DNA of 64,000 nucleotides from Eledone cirrhosa. Lineage: Eukaryota. Below, in pieces: positions 11,150-23,879 of this stretch; the stretch's first letter is position 1; every line of letters starts with the position of its first letter. The notes beneath the pieces were generated by a model, which worked only from the letters and a program-made list of their open reading frames with translations, ran no database searches and was not told the DNA's origin. The position numbers and the translations under genes were made by a program. The stretch covers positions 227,540,001 through 227,604,000 of the forward strand of contig OZ024742.1 of the NCBI GenBank assembly GCA_964016885.1. Reading direction: 5' to 3'.

Positions 11150-13042
11150 GGTAAGTCCTACGCAATCTGTGTTTACATGCAGTAACCAGTTCATCTTTCT
11201 TGTTTAGGAGTTGGTCCGTCGAAAACAGCATCTGTAAAGTTTCCTCCGAGCATATATTGCACGGACGGCGTCCTCCCGTGTAAGAGTTGGCTCTGGACAG
11301 TAAGCTCCAAGTGAGATCATAGGTAATGTTGTTATCCTTGAGGTCCCATATGTGGCCCGAAAGTGTAGTGGCGTGACGCCGGGCCGGGCCGGGTTTCGGA
11401 AGGTATGTCTGTGTTGGTATAGCCGGGTCTTGAAGTCACATGCGGTTAATCCTATATAAGCTTTGTTGGAGGTGTCCGTCCTCACGTTGCACTGGTAGAT
11501 CACATTACGATCTCTGCATCTGTTGTCGAGGGGGAAAATGGATCCATCAGGACAGTTGCACCTCCTGATCGGTTCTCCACTGCTAGGTTATTTCTTCCAT
11601 AGGGGTTGAGTTTTTTGTTGTTAGAGGAGACGATGTTTTGTGCAAAGTTTGGTGTGGTGCTGTAAGAGAGTTTGATGGTATTTTTGTTAATTATGTTGTG
11701 GTAGCGGTGTTGTAGTGGGAAGTGTTTTTCAATGAGCCTAAAGAAGATTTTCCCGATAGGAGTTGTCACCTCGGCGTTGTGGAGAGGATTGAACCATGTT
11801 ACATTGCGTGAGCGGCGGTGTCGCCTGCTGGTTCCGCTAATGGGAGCTGGACAGTAGGATATTTCCTCCCGGAAACCACTCCGCTTGAGGGCCTGGTTGT
11901 AATAAGGCGCATGTTCATCGAATATCTGCTCATTAGCTGACAAACGGGATATGCGGAGGGAGATGTTTTTAACCAGGTTATTGGTGATGTTCCTGGGATG
12001 GTTTGACCGGCGGTGGATGTAGTGCAGGTTGTCGTTAGGTTTCCTGTATGGGTAGTACAGATCATTATCGAGGTCAAGGGTAACGTCCAGGAAGTTTACT
12101 CGGGTCAGGGACGTTTGTAGGGTTATTTTAAATCCCCAGTCGCGGAAGAAGCTGATTAATTGTTTACGGACCCGATCTGTACTACTGGGGTTGTACCCTT
12201 TAAGGGTAAGGAGCCCATCATCACGGTACAATCCACCGCCGAATGCAGGAAACATATCGGTGAGTTTGGCTATTAGGAATAATCCTATAAGATCTGTGAC
12301 CTCAGCCGAATCCGTCGCGCCCATACTGACGTCGAAGGGTGAGTCGGGAGCTCTCTTTATCCATTTGGAGTTGTCGAAGAGTAAGACTGTCTTTCTGGCG
12401 TGGAGGATGATGTTTCTTTCCTGGTCGGTGATGGGCACAAGTGCTTCGGCGAAGTCCAAGGCAGCCGTAAGTAGCGGTAAGGTGATTGAAGCATAGGAAC
12501 TCTCTATGTCAAACTGGATGAATTTAGTGTCTCGTTTTTCCTCCATATTGCTGAACCATGAGATTACTTCCTGGGTGTTGCCCATAGGCTAAGTCGGGCG
12601 TGTTGCTTAACTTTTGGGATCACGCGGTCTAAGATTTTTTTGCTGATTCTCCCTATGTCGGACTTCGTTGGGTTTATAAGAATGATAGAAGGTTTACGGT
12701 CGAAATCGGATTTGTGGTCCTTCAGTGTGAAGTAGGGTGTCCGTGGGTCTAGGGGTTCCGTGCGGTCGGCGACCCCGAGGCTGGAGGTAATTTGTTGTCC
12801 ATCTAGATTTATGTCCTCGATGCATGTGAGGTTAGCCTTTTTATAGTTTGAGTTTAGGCTGCTCCTGATCAGTGTGTGGTATCTGTCGGGGTTGACAAAG
12901 TAGAGGTTACCAGTTTTATCCGAGTGCACCATGATGTCATTGGTGTTATCATACTCTGTTAAGTTGCTACGGAGTTTTTGTAGGAATCGGTTGTGTCTGG
13001 GTTTGAATTTAATGTTCTTGACCAGTTGGAAAAGGTCATTTC
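11150..13042 (-). pseudogene. Penelope-like reverse transcriptase + GIY-YIG endonuclease, 5'-truncated and frameshifted
   Basis: TLKDHK..LINPTKSDIGRISK; FIQFDIESSY; FDVSMGATDSAEVTDLIGL; GLYRDDGL; VNFLDVTLDL; PYRKPN..SNHP; VIYQC..AYIGLTACDFKTRLYQH; frameshifts near 12580, 11560 and 11370. Confidence 0.93.
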
Positions 13043-13632
13043 GGGACTCTGAATTATTATTTCGTATTAGTTTACTTTTTTGCACTGGGTGGTTGCTGGC
13101 CTTGTGCCTGGGATAGAAACCTATATTTATTATTTCGTAGTAGTTTCTTTAGTATTTTGGCCCCTCACTTGTTGACCCGTCACCGTAAGATATACTCGGT
13201 TTATTACTTATACCTCTTAAAAGGGTCTCATTATAATTCCGTCCCACCTAGTATACCTTTCTTTAGCCTAGCAGTACCAGTGAGAGACTTAGGTCGTAGT
13301 AACCAGAAATTGTTTATTTTATTTATTTTTTATTTTTTTAACATTTAATTGCTTTTTAACACTCTCGGTATTTTTCTATATATTTACCCCATATTATTCT
13401 ACTTATTGTTTCGACTTCCTCCCCCTCCCCCTCCCTAGTATCTTCTTTGACCTCATGCCCAGCTGTAGTCGGCACTATCAACGCATGAATGGGTCTCCTC
13501 CACCCCCTCTCCCTTTTTCTCCTAGTGGCAGGTTCAGTTACCCCTTCCCTCCACAAATTGCCATCATAGAATTATTATGTCTCAACAACAAACGTTTGAC
13601 CAATCCTCGTGACAATCACTTTTACCATATAT

Positions 13633-13746
13633 GGAATTACCCCTTGAGAAGCTCGGCTATTCAAATACCAGGATACAAATTTTCATTTAGTGCAGAATTA
13701 GCCGTTGAAACGGCTTGAGCTCAGCCGTCGGGGTCCTACTCGTTCC
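13633..13746 (+). ncRNA. Type I hammerhead ribozyme with U3-A8 core in the inverted terminal copy
   Basis: Stem I acccc(13639-43)/ggggt(13730-34); core TTGAGAA; stem II cggcta/tagccg; GAAA; stem III cggct/agccg; GUC site. Confidence 0.75.
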
Positions 13747-13851
13747 TATTACCCACTCTACTACCCTAAGTATTGAGTACTTTGGTGCGTTATGGTCCAC
13801 CTGGTTCCTTACCACATTTCCTCCGTTATATATATATATATGTATATATAA

Positions 13852-13882
<31 letters not shown>

Positions 13883-13892
13883 TAGGGCGGGT

Positions 13893-14208
13893 AAAATTCC
13901 TGAGTTCTCTCCAGCGGTCTCTGTCCCTCATTACCGCTGCCATGTCCTGCGTCTCCAACAGACCAGTGTCTGTCCTTAGGGCATCAACATACATTAACCT
14001 TGGTCTTCCTCTTCCAGTGTGTCCATGTAGGGGCTCCCACAGGAGCACTGAGTACAATGTCAACTCTGGATGTCGGTGAGCATGTCCAGCTAACCTCAGT
14101 CTCCTCTGTGTCACTTTTGAGGTGACTTTTGGGAAGCTCCCATACAGCTCTGAGTTTTTCATCTTCAGTGTATACTGATTAATGTTCAGAGCCATCTTCA
14201 GCATTCTC

Positions 14209-14212
<4 letters not shown>
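13893..14212 (-). mobile_element. RTE-clade LINE 3' fragment
   Basis: [45 protein letters not shown]. Confidence 0.8.
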
Positions 14213-14266
<54 letters not shown>

Positions 14267-14344
14267 CTGAAGTATTTCCATCGGAAAGGTACAGGAAAAA
14301 AGAGTGCTCTATGTAGGCTACAGAACTTATTAGTTGTGTTACAA

Positions 14345-15362
<1,018 letters not shown>

Positions 15363-15367
<5 letters not shown>

Positions 15368-15425
15368 TAGTCCAGAAATAGCCGTCGAAACGGCTTGAGC
15401 TCTGCCGTCGGGTATACTTTCTCCT
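15363..15425 (+). mobile_element. ~60-bp solo fragment of the Penelope terminus (3' half of the HHR) between TA runs
   Basis: tttagtccagaaatagccgtcgaaacggcttgagctctgccgtcgggt matches 13686-13734. Confidence 0.75.
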
Positions 15426-15519
15426 ATATATATATATATATATAAGAATAAAATGGCGAGCTGTGTGGTCGCAATTAAGTATAATGAAAATAAAAGTTAC
15501 GGGCGAAAGAGGGTAATAT

Positions 15520-15587
15520 CGATCGTCAGTTGTCTGCTAGGAATCATAGGTATTTCTTCGCATTAGAGACAAGATACCTCAGCCTAG
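15520..15587 (-). ncRNA. Permuted hammerhead-like motif, diverged copy
   Basis: ctagg..aggta-TC-ttgtct..cgaa-GAAA-tacct..cctag-c-agacaa-CTGACGA-tcg. Confidence 0.6.
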
Positions 15588-16209
15588 GGCGAACAATAAC
15601 TAAAATGACACACACATATATATGTATATATATATATATACACATACATTCACACACACACACACATACACACACATACACACATATATATAAGATATTC
15701 ACTCCGACATAGCTGTATACATATAGGTATGTGTATTTGTATATCTAGCGATAAACATTTGAAAGCCTTTAGCTATGAATTTAGGAAGCTGATGGCTGAC
15801 AGCTCCCATATACAAATGAGGCTTATCAGCCTGAGTACATAGGCATCAAAACTATATGTTTTCGCCTATATTGGATTCCGACAGGGAGGGGGCTGCTGTA
15901 TTGACAATGAGCTGGTCTCTGTCTTCTGAGGCAATTTTGCTCATTTCTGTCTTTGACATCATTTGGCTGTTTTAACAGCTGTTCTAACGATGCGTTATAA
16001 TAATAATGGTCCAATGAGCAAAATGAACAAGAATTGTACGTTACTATGTGTGCATGCGCACGCGTGCATATGTGCGTTGAGTGGCTATGGTTCTGTAAGT
16101 AAGCAGATGCACAAATATATTTTCTTTTATTCATTCTTGTGTAGTCTGTGTGGGGGTGGGTAGTTAGAGTCTATACAAACGTGGTTTGTATTTTTTAATA
16201 AATTTATTT

Positions 16210-16660
16210 TCTTTGAGGAGGTCATGTTGTCCTAACATTGTCAAAAAAATAATAAAACACACTCACTGTTTCGTTTGGTCTTTGTTTCAGTATATTTTTC
16301 TAAATAATTTAGCTGGCAATCAATGTTTATCATTGATTGACCAACAGTTAAAAATGTAAATATAAATATAATTTCTCAAAGTTCTTTCGCCACACATATC
16401 TGTGACATCTTCAGTGATTATCGTTGTGTTTCTTCTTGGTGTGTTCCTATAACGTTGTTTTTTTGTTTTATATTTTGTTTTTTATTTTGTTTTTTTTATT
16501 TTATGTCTCTATTTACGCATGCGTTTGTGTGGGTGTATTCTGTTTGGTATGTGCTTGTGTGTTATTTATAAAAATATTTTTAAAAACTGATTCAAAAACC
16601 AAACCAAACCAAACAGTGAGTGCGTTTTACTATTTTTTGGCAATATTAGGACAACATATA
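16210..16660 (-). mobile_element. ORF-less interspersed repeat with inverted ends (16222-16292 / 16586-16656) carrying an HHR; other copies at ~21425-21960 and ~36948-37170
   Basis: Shared catgttgtcctaatattgccaaaaaataataaaacacactcactgtttgg..gaccaacagttaa. Confidence 0.7.
16368..16421 (-). ncRNA. Minimal type I hammerhead ribozyme
   Basis: atca-CTGAAGA-t-gtcaca[gatatg]tgtggc-GAAA-gaac-TT-tga. Confidence 0.65.
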
Positions 16661-16942
16661 AGAATATCTGTTTCAACACACGATTTCATATCAAAAACCT
16701 TGCAAAACAAATACATCACCACTATATTTTCTTTATTTATTCGTGTTTGATCAGTGGCATTATCTGGACAACTATATAATGGTAAGACCTGGAATGCCAG
16801 TTTTTCTGTGGATTTAATACAAATGCAATCTTTAATTGCAAGAGTTGTAGCACATAAAATTTAGTTCAAATACATAAAACAAAATATTTTTATGTAGATT
16901 AAATATTTCAGCTAAAATGAAGTCACATACATTAGTATTCCT

Positions 16943-17045
16943 TTACGTTCTGTGTTCAACTCTCGCCGAGGTTAGCTTTGCCTTTCATCCTTATGGGGTC
17001 GATAAAATAAAGTACAGGTAATACACTGGAGTCGATTTAATATCA
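16943..17045 (+). mobile_element. SINE fragment
   Basis: cgccgaggttagctttgcctttcatccttatggggtcgataaaataaagtac. Confidence 0.75.
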
Positions 17046-17892
17046 TACATATATGTAAGGAGGTGGGTATTAATCCAGCTCTTTTGAGGCTGATCATCAG
17101 CATCACCACTGTCACTATCATCAACAACAACAACAACTCCAACACCACCACCTCCATCAACACCACAAATGCCACCACCACCATCTCCATCACCACCATT
17201 CGTCCACCACAATAGACCGTGGAATGAGGTATGAGATTAAACAAGATAAACAAAAGATGACAGAAGATGACACATTGTGGACAGAATCTTTGCAGGGATT
17301 TATCATTGTGCTTAGGTGTGCTTCTTAGGTGTGCATCTTCTTGCCAAAAATTTTTTACGGTCAATTCTTTACAATTAACGATTAAAGGACCTCGTAACCT
17401 AACTAGCACAAGGCTTCATTTGTCCTAAATCTGGTACTGGACAGAATGTATGCACATAAAATGTTAAAAAATAGGAAAATGAAAATGATTTCACTGAATG
17501 AAAAGAAAAGGAAAGGGTCTGATGTTTTGGGATAAAGCCTTTATGAAAAAAGTAAAAGAAGGAAAGGGATATAGGTAAAAGAAGAAATGTATTAGAATAA
17601 AACTAAATTATAACCAACACAGCTGCCTGCATCAGCTCCATCATTAGTTAGAGCGTTCAGCTCGCAATTCTAAGGTTGTGAGTTTAAGTCTTGGTGGCAT
17701 GTTGTGTCCCTGACCAAGGCACTTTATTTCACATTGCTCCAAAGCCACTCAACAAGAATTTCCCTGAGAACTATGTTAAACATGCATATTCCAGTGGAAT
17801 GCTTAGCCACTTGCCCATTAAATTCATGAGTGGGCTGTTCCATTCTTCAACGAACAACTGGAACACTTACCTTTCCAATTCAGAGGCCTGGC

Positions 17893-19320
17893 AATCATCA
17901 TCATCATCATTTTACGTCTGTTGTTCTACACTTGCATGAGTTGGACGCATTTTTTCTAATATAGCATCCCTCCACTCATCATGTTCTTTCGCTATTTCCT
18001 CTCTGAACTCCAGCAATTTGAGATTAGCTCTCCCCACCTTCACGCAGGTCTTCCTCTATTGTGGCTTCCCATAGATTTCTTGATACTACTTCACCTAACA
18101 ATTATCATCCATGTGCATCACATCTCCATATAAGCACAGTGTTCTCAAGCACACTACATTTGATTCCTCTTATACCTAGTTTCTCTTTCAGTTCATCCAT
18201 GCTTTGTTGTTCATGCACATTAATATTAGAAATTTCCATGGAGAGCCAGTATTAAATTCCTCTGTTATGACTTTGAAGACTATAATAAACAGAAATGGAC
18301 TGATGACTGAACCCTGGTGTACTCCTACCTGTATATTGAAACTCAAACTTTATTAACAGCTCCTCTGTGCATGACTTTCACTGTGCTCACAAGCCACTCT
18401 TTTACACCCAGTTTTCTTAAAAACTACAAGATAACTGACCGAGATATTCTGTCAAAGGCTTTTACTAGATCAACACAAGCTAGCTATAAAGGCTTACTCT
18501 TAGCTAAGAACTTCTTAGAACGTAGTTGTTTCACTAAAAGGAAGGCATCTGTGGTGCTCCTCCCAGGCACAAAACTGAACTGACTGCATCTCATCTAATT
18601 TGATTCTTTCCTTAAATAGCTATGCTATAATTCTTTCCATCACTTTCATAACTTGATCCATTAGTTTTATTCCTCTATAGTTGCTCCTTTCTAGAGCATC
18701 ACCTTTTCATTTGTAGCAATTAATGAGTGGTCATACCCAATGCTGCTCCAATCATTGGATATTACTCTGTCCTGTATTACTTGATTGACTATGAGTATGA
18801 CTAATTCAACTCATACTTCTAATTCTTTTGGCGTCTCAGTGACTATCTCTGACAGTCTAGCAGCTCTACCATTTATCATCTCCTTGATTGCTTCTTTGAC
18901 CTTATAAGTGTCAATTTCAATAACTGCTCCCTCTGAGGGTCTGCAGGGAGCAGTCTGTCTTCCTCCCTTTCCTTCACCACATTCATGAACCTCTCATAGT
19001 AACGTTTCCAAGCCACTCTCTTTTGAGCATCAGTGATGTTAAGTGCGCCAGTGTTATTTTGCACACACTTTTCCTCAACAATGGCCTGATTCCTACTGAT
19101 GCACTGCTTTACGATGTGGAACACTTCATGTCTCTGATCTTCATGTTGCAAGATATTGGCAAACCTTCTTTTAGAGTCATATCATGCGATGTAGACTTGT
19201 TATCTATCCTCTCTTCTTGCAACCTGATACTCATCTCTGCAGCCCCAATTTTTCCAGTTTTCCACGTCTGTCTCTTGGCCATAATGTTTTGTTCATGTAT
19301 CATTGCTCTGATTTGGGAAA
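17893..19320 (-). mobile_element. Degenerate RTE-clade LINE with (GAT)n tail
   Basis: Minus strand QFSFVPGRSTTDAF..VDLVKAFD..VHQGSVISPF with many stops; tail ..ccaactcatgcaag..gacgtaaaatgatgatg. Confidence 0.8.
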
Positions 19321-19511
19321 ATATTACTGATTTCATCGATTGAGTAGATAGATGGTTGGAATTGATTTGCTTTCTATTTAGGACAGACGCCACAGCTTGA
19401 GGTCCACTATCCGATTTATTTTCTTTGTTTTCTTTCGTCCTTCTATTTGTGCTGTTTGTTTTATCCCACACATCATACCAGCAGAAAGATTTATTTTTCT
19501 GCTGCAAGATC

Positions 19512-20352
19512 CAACATTTTAAAATGCATATGAAGGATGACAGCTGTATAAATAGGTGGAGAGTGCTCAAAGTCGATGGAAGCCTTGGAGTGGGGAGACT
19601 AGGGAAGACTTGGGATGAGGTGATAAAAGCTGACCTTGCACAATTGTACCTCTGAAAGGTGATGACACAGGACCGGGTTCTCTGGCGTTATGCAGCAATA
19701 CAGAAGACCCGCCTTCCCATGGGCACAGGCTGAAACTGAAGCATACACATATATAGTATGTACCACCCCACCCACCCCACCCTCCCATACATCTCTCATG
19801 AGGACAGGCTGTAGTATACATCTTGTGAAGCCTCCAGCCCACGCTGTAAAGTGGTCGTGATGGTAGCACAACAAAAAGTGCCCAACCCACACTGTAAAGT
19901 GGTCATGTAGGTGTCACAACAAAAATCACCCCACCCACATTGTAAAGTGGTCATGTAGGAGTCACATCACAAAGCACCTAGCTCACACTGTAAAGTGGTT
20001 GTGTAGGTGTCACAACAAAAACCACCCAGCCCACACTGTAAAATGGTCATGTAGGAGTCACATCACAAAGCACCTAGCTCACACTGTAAAGTGGTTGTGT
20101 AGGTGTCACAACAAAAAGCACCCAGCCCACACTGTAAAGTGGTCATGTAGGAGTAATGACAAAAAGCATCAGGCACACACTGTAAATGTAGTTGGCATTA
20201 GGAAGGATATCCAGCCGTAGAAACCCAGCCAGAAGCAGTTCTGTGTGAGCAAGACACAGTCAGCTGACTCTACTTGCCTCAAATGAGATAACCCATTTAA
20301 CCCATGCTAGCATGGAAAAATGGACGTTAAATGGTGATGATGATGAGGATGA
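19512..20352 (+). mobile_element. RTE 3' end with internal ~48-bp minisatellite and ..cccatgctagcatggaaaaatggacgttaaatg(gat)n tail
   Basis: HMKDDSCI..LKVDGS.GVGR.GKTWDEVIKADL; same architecture at ~31440-32110 (+) and ~23236-23882 (-). Confidence 0.75.
19838..20190 (+). repeat. ~48-bp tandem repeat, about 7-8 copies
   Basis: Unit cccacactgtaaagtggtcatgtaggtgtcacaacaaaaagcacccag. Confidence 0.9.
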
Positions 20353-20734
20353 TACATATATGTTTGGAACTACAACTAAAGTGGTGAAGGTAATATAAAA
20401 AATGCAATAAAGCAACATTATCACTTTGATTAATTTTCTATTGTGTGTGTGTGAAACATAAAAAACCTACGGAAGATGGGAAAATGTGCACATGTCTGCA
20501 AGTTCAGTGCAACTATTTTAGTTCATTTATTGCATTTAGCAGGATAATCTGTAGAATGGCTTCCGTTGTTAATTACCAGCTGCACCTGTGCACTTGTCTA
20601 TCTGTAATTGTCATTTCTCACTAAATTACTGAAATCATCAGAAAGACAGACAAGATACCATCAAAACAGTCCTTCTTCCCCCTTTACATCTAGACACTGT
20701 TTAGTTTTTACTGTACTGACATCTCCCACAGTAA

Positions 20735-21155
20735 GGACAACAACTACAACAACAACCTTGTCATTATCATTAACAACATCATCATCATCATCATCATCAA
20801 CAACAGCATTATCATCATCAATATCAACAACAGCATCATCGACAACAATATCAACAACATCATCATCAACAACAACATCATCGACAACAATATCAACAAC
20901 ATCATCATCAACAACAACATCAATAACAACATCAACAACAACAATAGATAAAGGAGTAATCAACATCAATTATATGTAGACAGGTTGGTGTCAACAGCCT
21001 ACTGGGGTATTCAACAAAAGCAATATCAACAACATCAACATCTACAACATCAGCATCACAACCAGCAACAACATCAGCGCCACAGACAACATCAACGCCT
21101 CCTCATCACCACCACCACCACCACCACCATCAGTAACATCAGCAGCAGCAGCATT
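20735..21155. repeat. Compound (AAC)/(ATC)/(ACC) microsatellite
   Basis: Direct reading. Confidence 0.85.
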
Positions 21156-21468
21156 ACAAACAAAAACAGTAAACAAGACCAATCACAATGCAATATATAT
21201 GTAGACAGGTGTGTGTCAGAGAAAAAGTTGGAGTTATTACTCCAGGTGAATCTGATGATGTAACCAATATAGGTATTTCCTTGGAAACATCAAAAAGTAA
21301 AAAATATGCACACACAAACATTGACACACAGATAGACAGATAAACAGACATGCAGACTGACAGACAAACATGTCTACACAACACTAGTCTGTAACATTAA
21401 GCATCATTACTAAGAATATATATATATTTGGGGAGAGTCATATTTTTATAATATTGCCAGAAATAATA

Positions 21469-21831
21469 CTTTTGGCACAAGGCCAGCTATTTCCTCAGTG
21501 TATTACTGGTACTTTATTTTATCGACCCCGTAAGGATGAAAGGCAAAGATAACCACGGCGGGATTTAAACTCAATGCGTCAAAGCATGGCGTCCGACCCT
21601 CTACCGATACTGCCAATCCACCACCCTGCCAATCCATTGCCAGAAATAATAATTGTTTCTACTTTAGGCACAAGGCCAGCAACTACCCAGTGCATTACTG
21701 GTACTTTATTTTATCGATCCCGTAAGGATGAAAGGCAAAGTCAACCTCGGCGGGATTTGAACTCAGATCGTAAAGAGACGTAACTATGCTGGAAAGCATG
21801 GCGTCCGACCCTCTACCGATACTGCCAATCC
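21469..21831 (-). mobile_element. Two head-to-tail SINE copies (21469-21635, 21652-21831)
   Basis: Both are reverse complements of the 1008 SINE; bounded and separated by attgccagaaataata x3. Confidence 0.85.
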
Positions 21832-21974
21832 ATTGCCAGAAATAATAATAAAACACATTCACTGTTTGGTTTGGGTTGGTTTTCGCTTCTGTACATCTTA
21901 TATCCCTATAGTTAATTTAGCTGGCAATCAATGTTTATCATTGATTGACCAACGGTTATATATATGTATATATC

Positions 21975-22475
21975 TTAGTCTTAGGTTCTTCCGTGCCGTT
22001 CGGCGCATCGAGCAGCACATACTTGCCAACGGTCATGATCAGCAGCAGCTTTTTCGCATCCGTGCCAAGTGATGGTGGCTGCCATCAGGTATTTTCGGAA
22101 TGTCCGTCACCAGGTGATCCTGGGGCAACTCAGCCTCCGTTTGCCACCAGGTGGAGTCCAGTTTATTGCTGTTTTCGAGTGTCGTTCGTCAGGCAGGCGC
22201 AGAATATGACTAGCCAGGCAGCACCGGAGATCCGCAACTGTCCTCTGTAACGTCCACAACTCGGCTCTCCGCATAATTTCCTCATTTCGCACCAGGACAC
22301 ATGAAGGATCATTCGCAGGCACCACTGGTGGAAAGTGTCCAGCCGTCTCTTTATCTTTGCATACTCTTCCAGGTTTTGCTCGCATAAAGCACTGTCAGCA
22401 GCACGATGCTCTTGTACAGGCACAGCTCGGTCCTGGTGCTGATGCATGAAGACGACCAGACTGGGTGCAACCGCT
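21975..22475 (-). mobile_element. RTE-clade LINE 3' fragment (second family)
   Basis: RRLDTFHQWCLRMIL..VRNEEIMRRA..LASHILRLPDERHSKTAINWTPPGGKRR. Confidence 0.8.
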
Positions 22476-22602
22476 TTATTTTATCGACCATGTAAGGATG
22501 AAAGGCAAAGTTAACCTCGGCGGGATTTGAACTCAGAATGGCAAGGGCCGTAACTCTATGCGTTAAAGCATGGTGTCCGACCCTCTACCGATACTGCCAA
22601 TC
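22475..22602 (-). mobile_element. SINE 5' part
   Basis: taaggatgaaaggcaaagttaacctcggcgggatttgaactcag..ccctctaccgatactgcca. Confidence 0.8.
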
Positions 22603-22989
22603 TATCACATGTCCGGTGGTCTCCTGTATCAACAAAAATAAACCTCTTCCAAATCTTAAGATTTTTTAATAATATTTCGATGTTTTACAGGTTTACCATT
22701 TGAGAAGCTCAGGCTTCATAACTGATAGTCCTCAGCAAAATATACATCACAGATTTTAATAAACCAAAACCAAATGACTATTGTCTCAGATTTTTATTGA
22801 TATATAATGCTCCGACTTATACTTTTATTCAAGTCATTGAACGCTTTCCTTTATCTACTTCACAACCGACAGACCATTAAGTGGTACGTACATCCTTGTT
22901 CAGTTAACCACTTACCATAATTATATATATATATATATATATATATCAATGATATTAATAAATGGAAACTATATTTATAAAACCATATT

Positions 22990-23050
22990 TATTTTATTAT
23001 ATATATTTCAAGGGTACCAAAACTTTGGTATGCTCTCATCAGATAAAATA
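22990..23050 (-). ncRNA. Minimal type I hammerhead, second copy of the 4222 family
   Basis: tattttat-CTGATGA-gagcatacca..tggtaccctt-GAAA-tatata-TA-ataaaata; flanks 22945-23085 match 4177-4320. Confidence 0.78.
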
Positions 23051-23235
23051 CAAAGTTTGTTTTATAAATATTGACATATCCAGGAAGGAGATCTTACGGT
23101 TCAAGTTTTTCCTGGATAAATATAGTTTCCATCATTGATATTATACTCCAGAAAACCTGTCAAGTGCTTCGAATCAGTCATAAATATATATATTTGTTGA
23201 ATTACCAACAAATTAAATATCCCTTTTGCTTATAT

Positions 23236-23879
23236 CATCATCATCATCATCATCATCATCGTTTAATGTCCATGTTCCACGCTTGCATGGGTTTGGACGG
23301 GAGTTTTCCCACTTGAGGCAAGAGTGGTTGTCTTGCTCGCATAGGACTGTCTGGCGGGTTTTCTACAGCTGGATGCCCTTCCTAACACGAACCACATTTA
23401 CAGTGTGGGACTGGGAGGTTTTTACCGTGTTGCCTACACGGCCACATTACAGCATGGACTGTGTGTTTTTTTGTCGTGACACCTACACGATCTCATTTGT
23501 TTCGGCCTGGATGGTGTGGCACCAACGTAACTTTACATTGAAAGGGGCGGTGTGGATGGGGTGGGGGTGGTGTGACGGGGGCGTATTTTGTTAGAGATGC
23601 CTACTGACTGTAGTAGGTTTTACTTTGTAAGGCGGGTCTTCTCTATTACTGAGTACCGCCAAAGATCTCGGTCCAGTGACATTGTCTTGGAGAGGTGTAA
23701 GTGTGTGAGGTCGGAGTTTATCAGGTCGTCCCAGGTTTTTCTGGGTCTGCCTACTCCGTGGCTACCGTCTATCTTTATTGCCCTGCACTTTGTTATACAG
23801 CTGTCGTCTTTCATGCGCATCACGTGACCATACCAACATAGCCTTCTCTCGAGTAAACAACATCTGATCCCTCTTATTT

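Larger units (their letters stand above)
9879..13828 (-). mobile_element. Penelope-like retroelement with ~700-bp inverted terminal repeats (9879-10580 / 13042-13749)
   Basis: RT+GIY-YIG on the minus strand; arms are reverse complements along their length; flanked by (TA)n. Confidence 0.92.

Noticed and set aside
20608-21263. Ser/Thr- and Gln/His-rich ORFs
   Set aside because: Trinucleotide microsatellite translations
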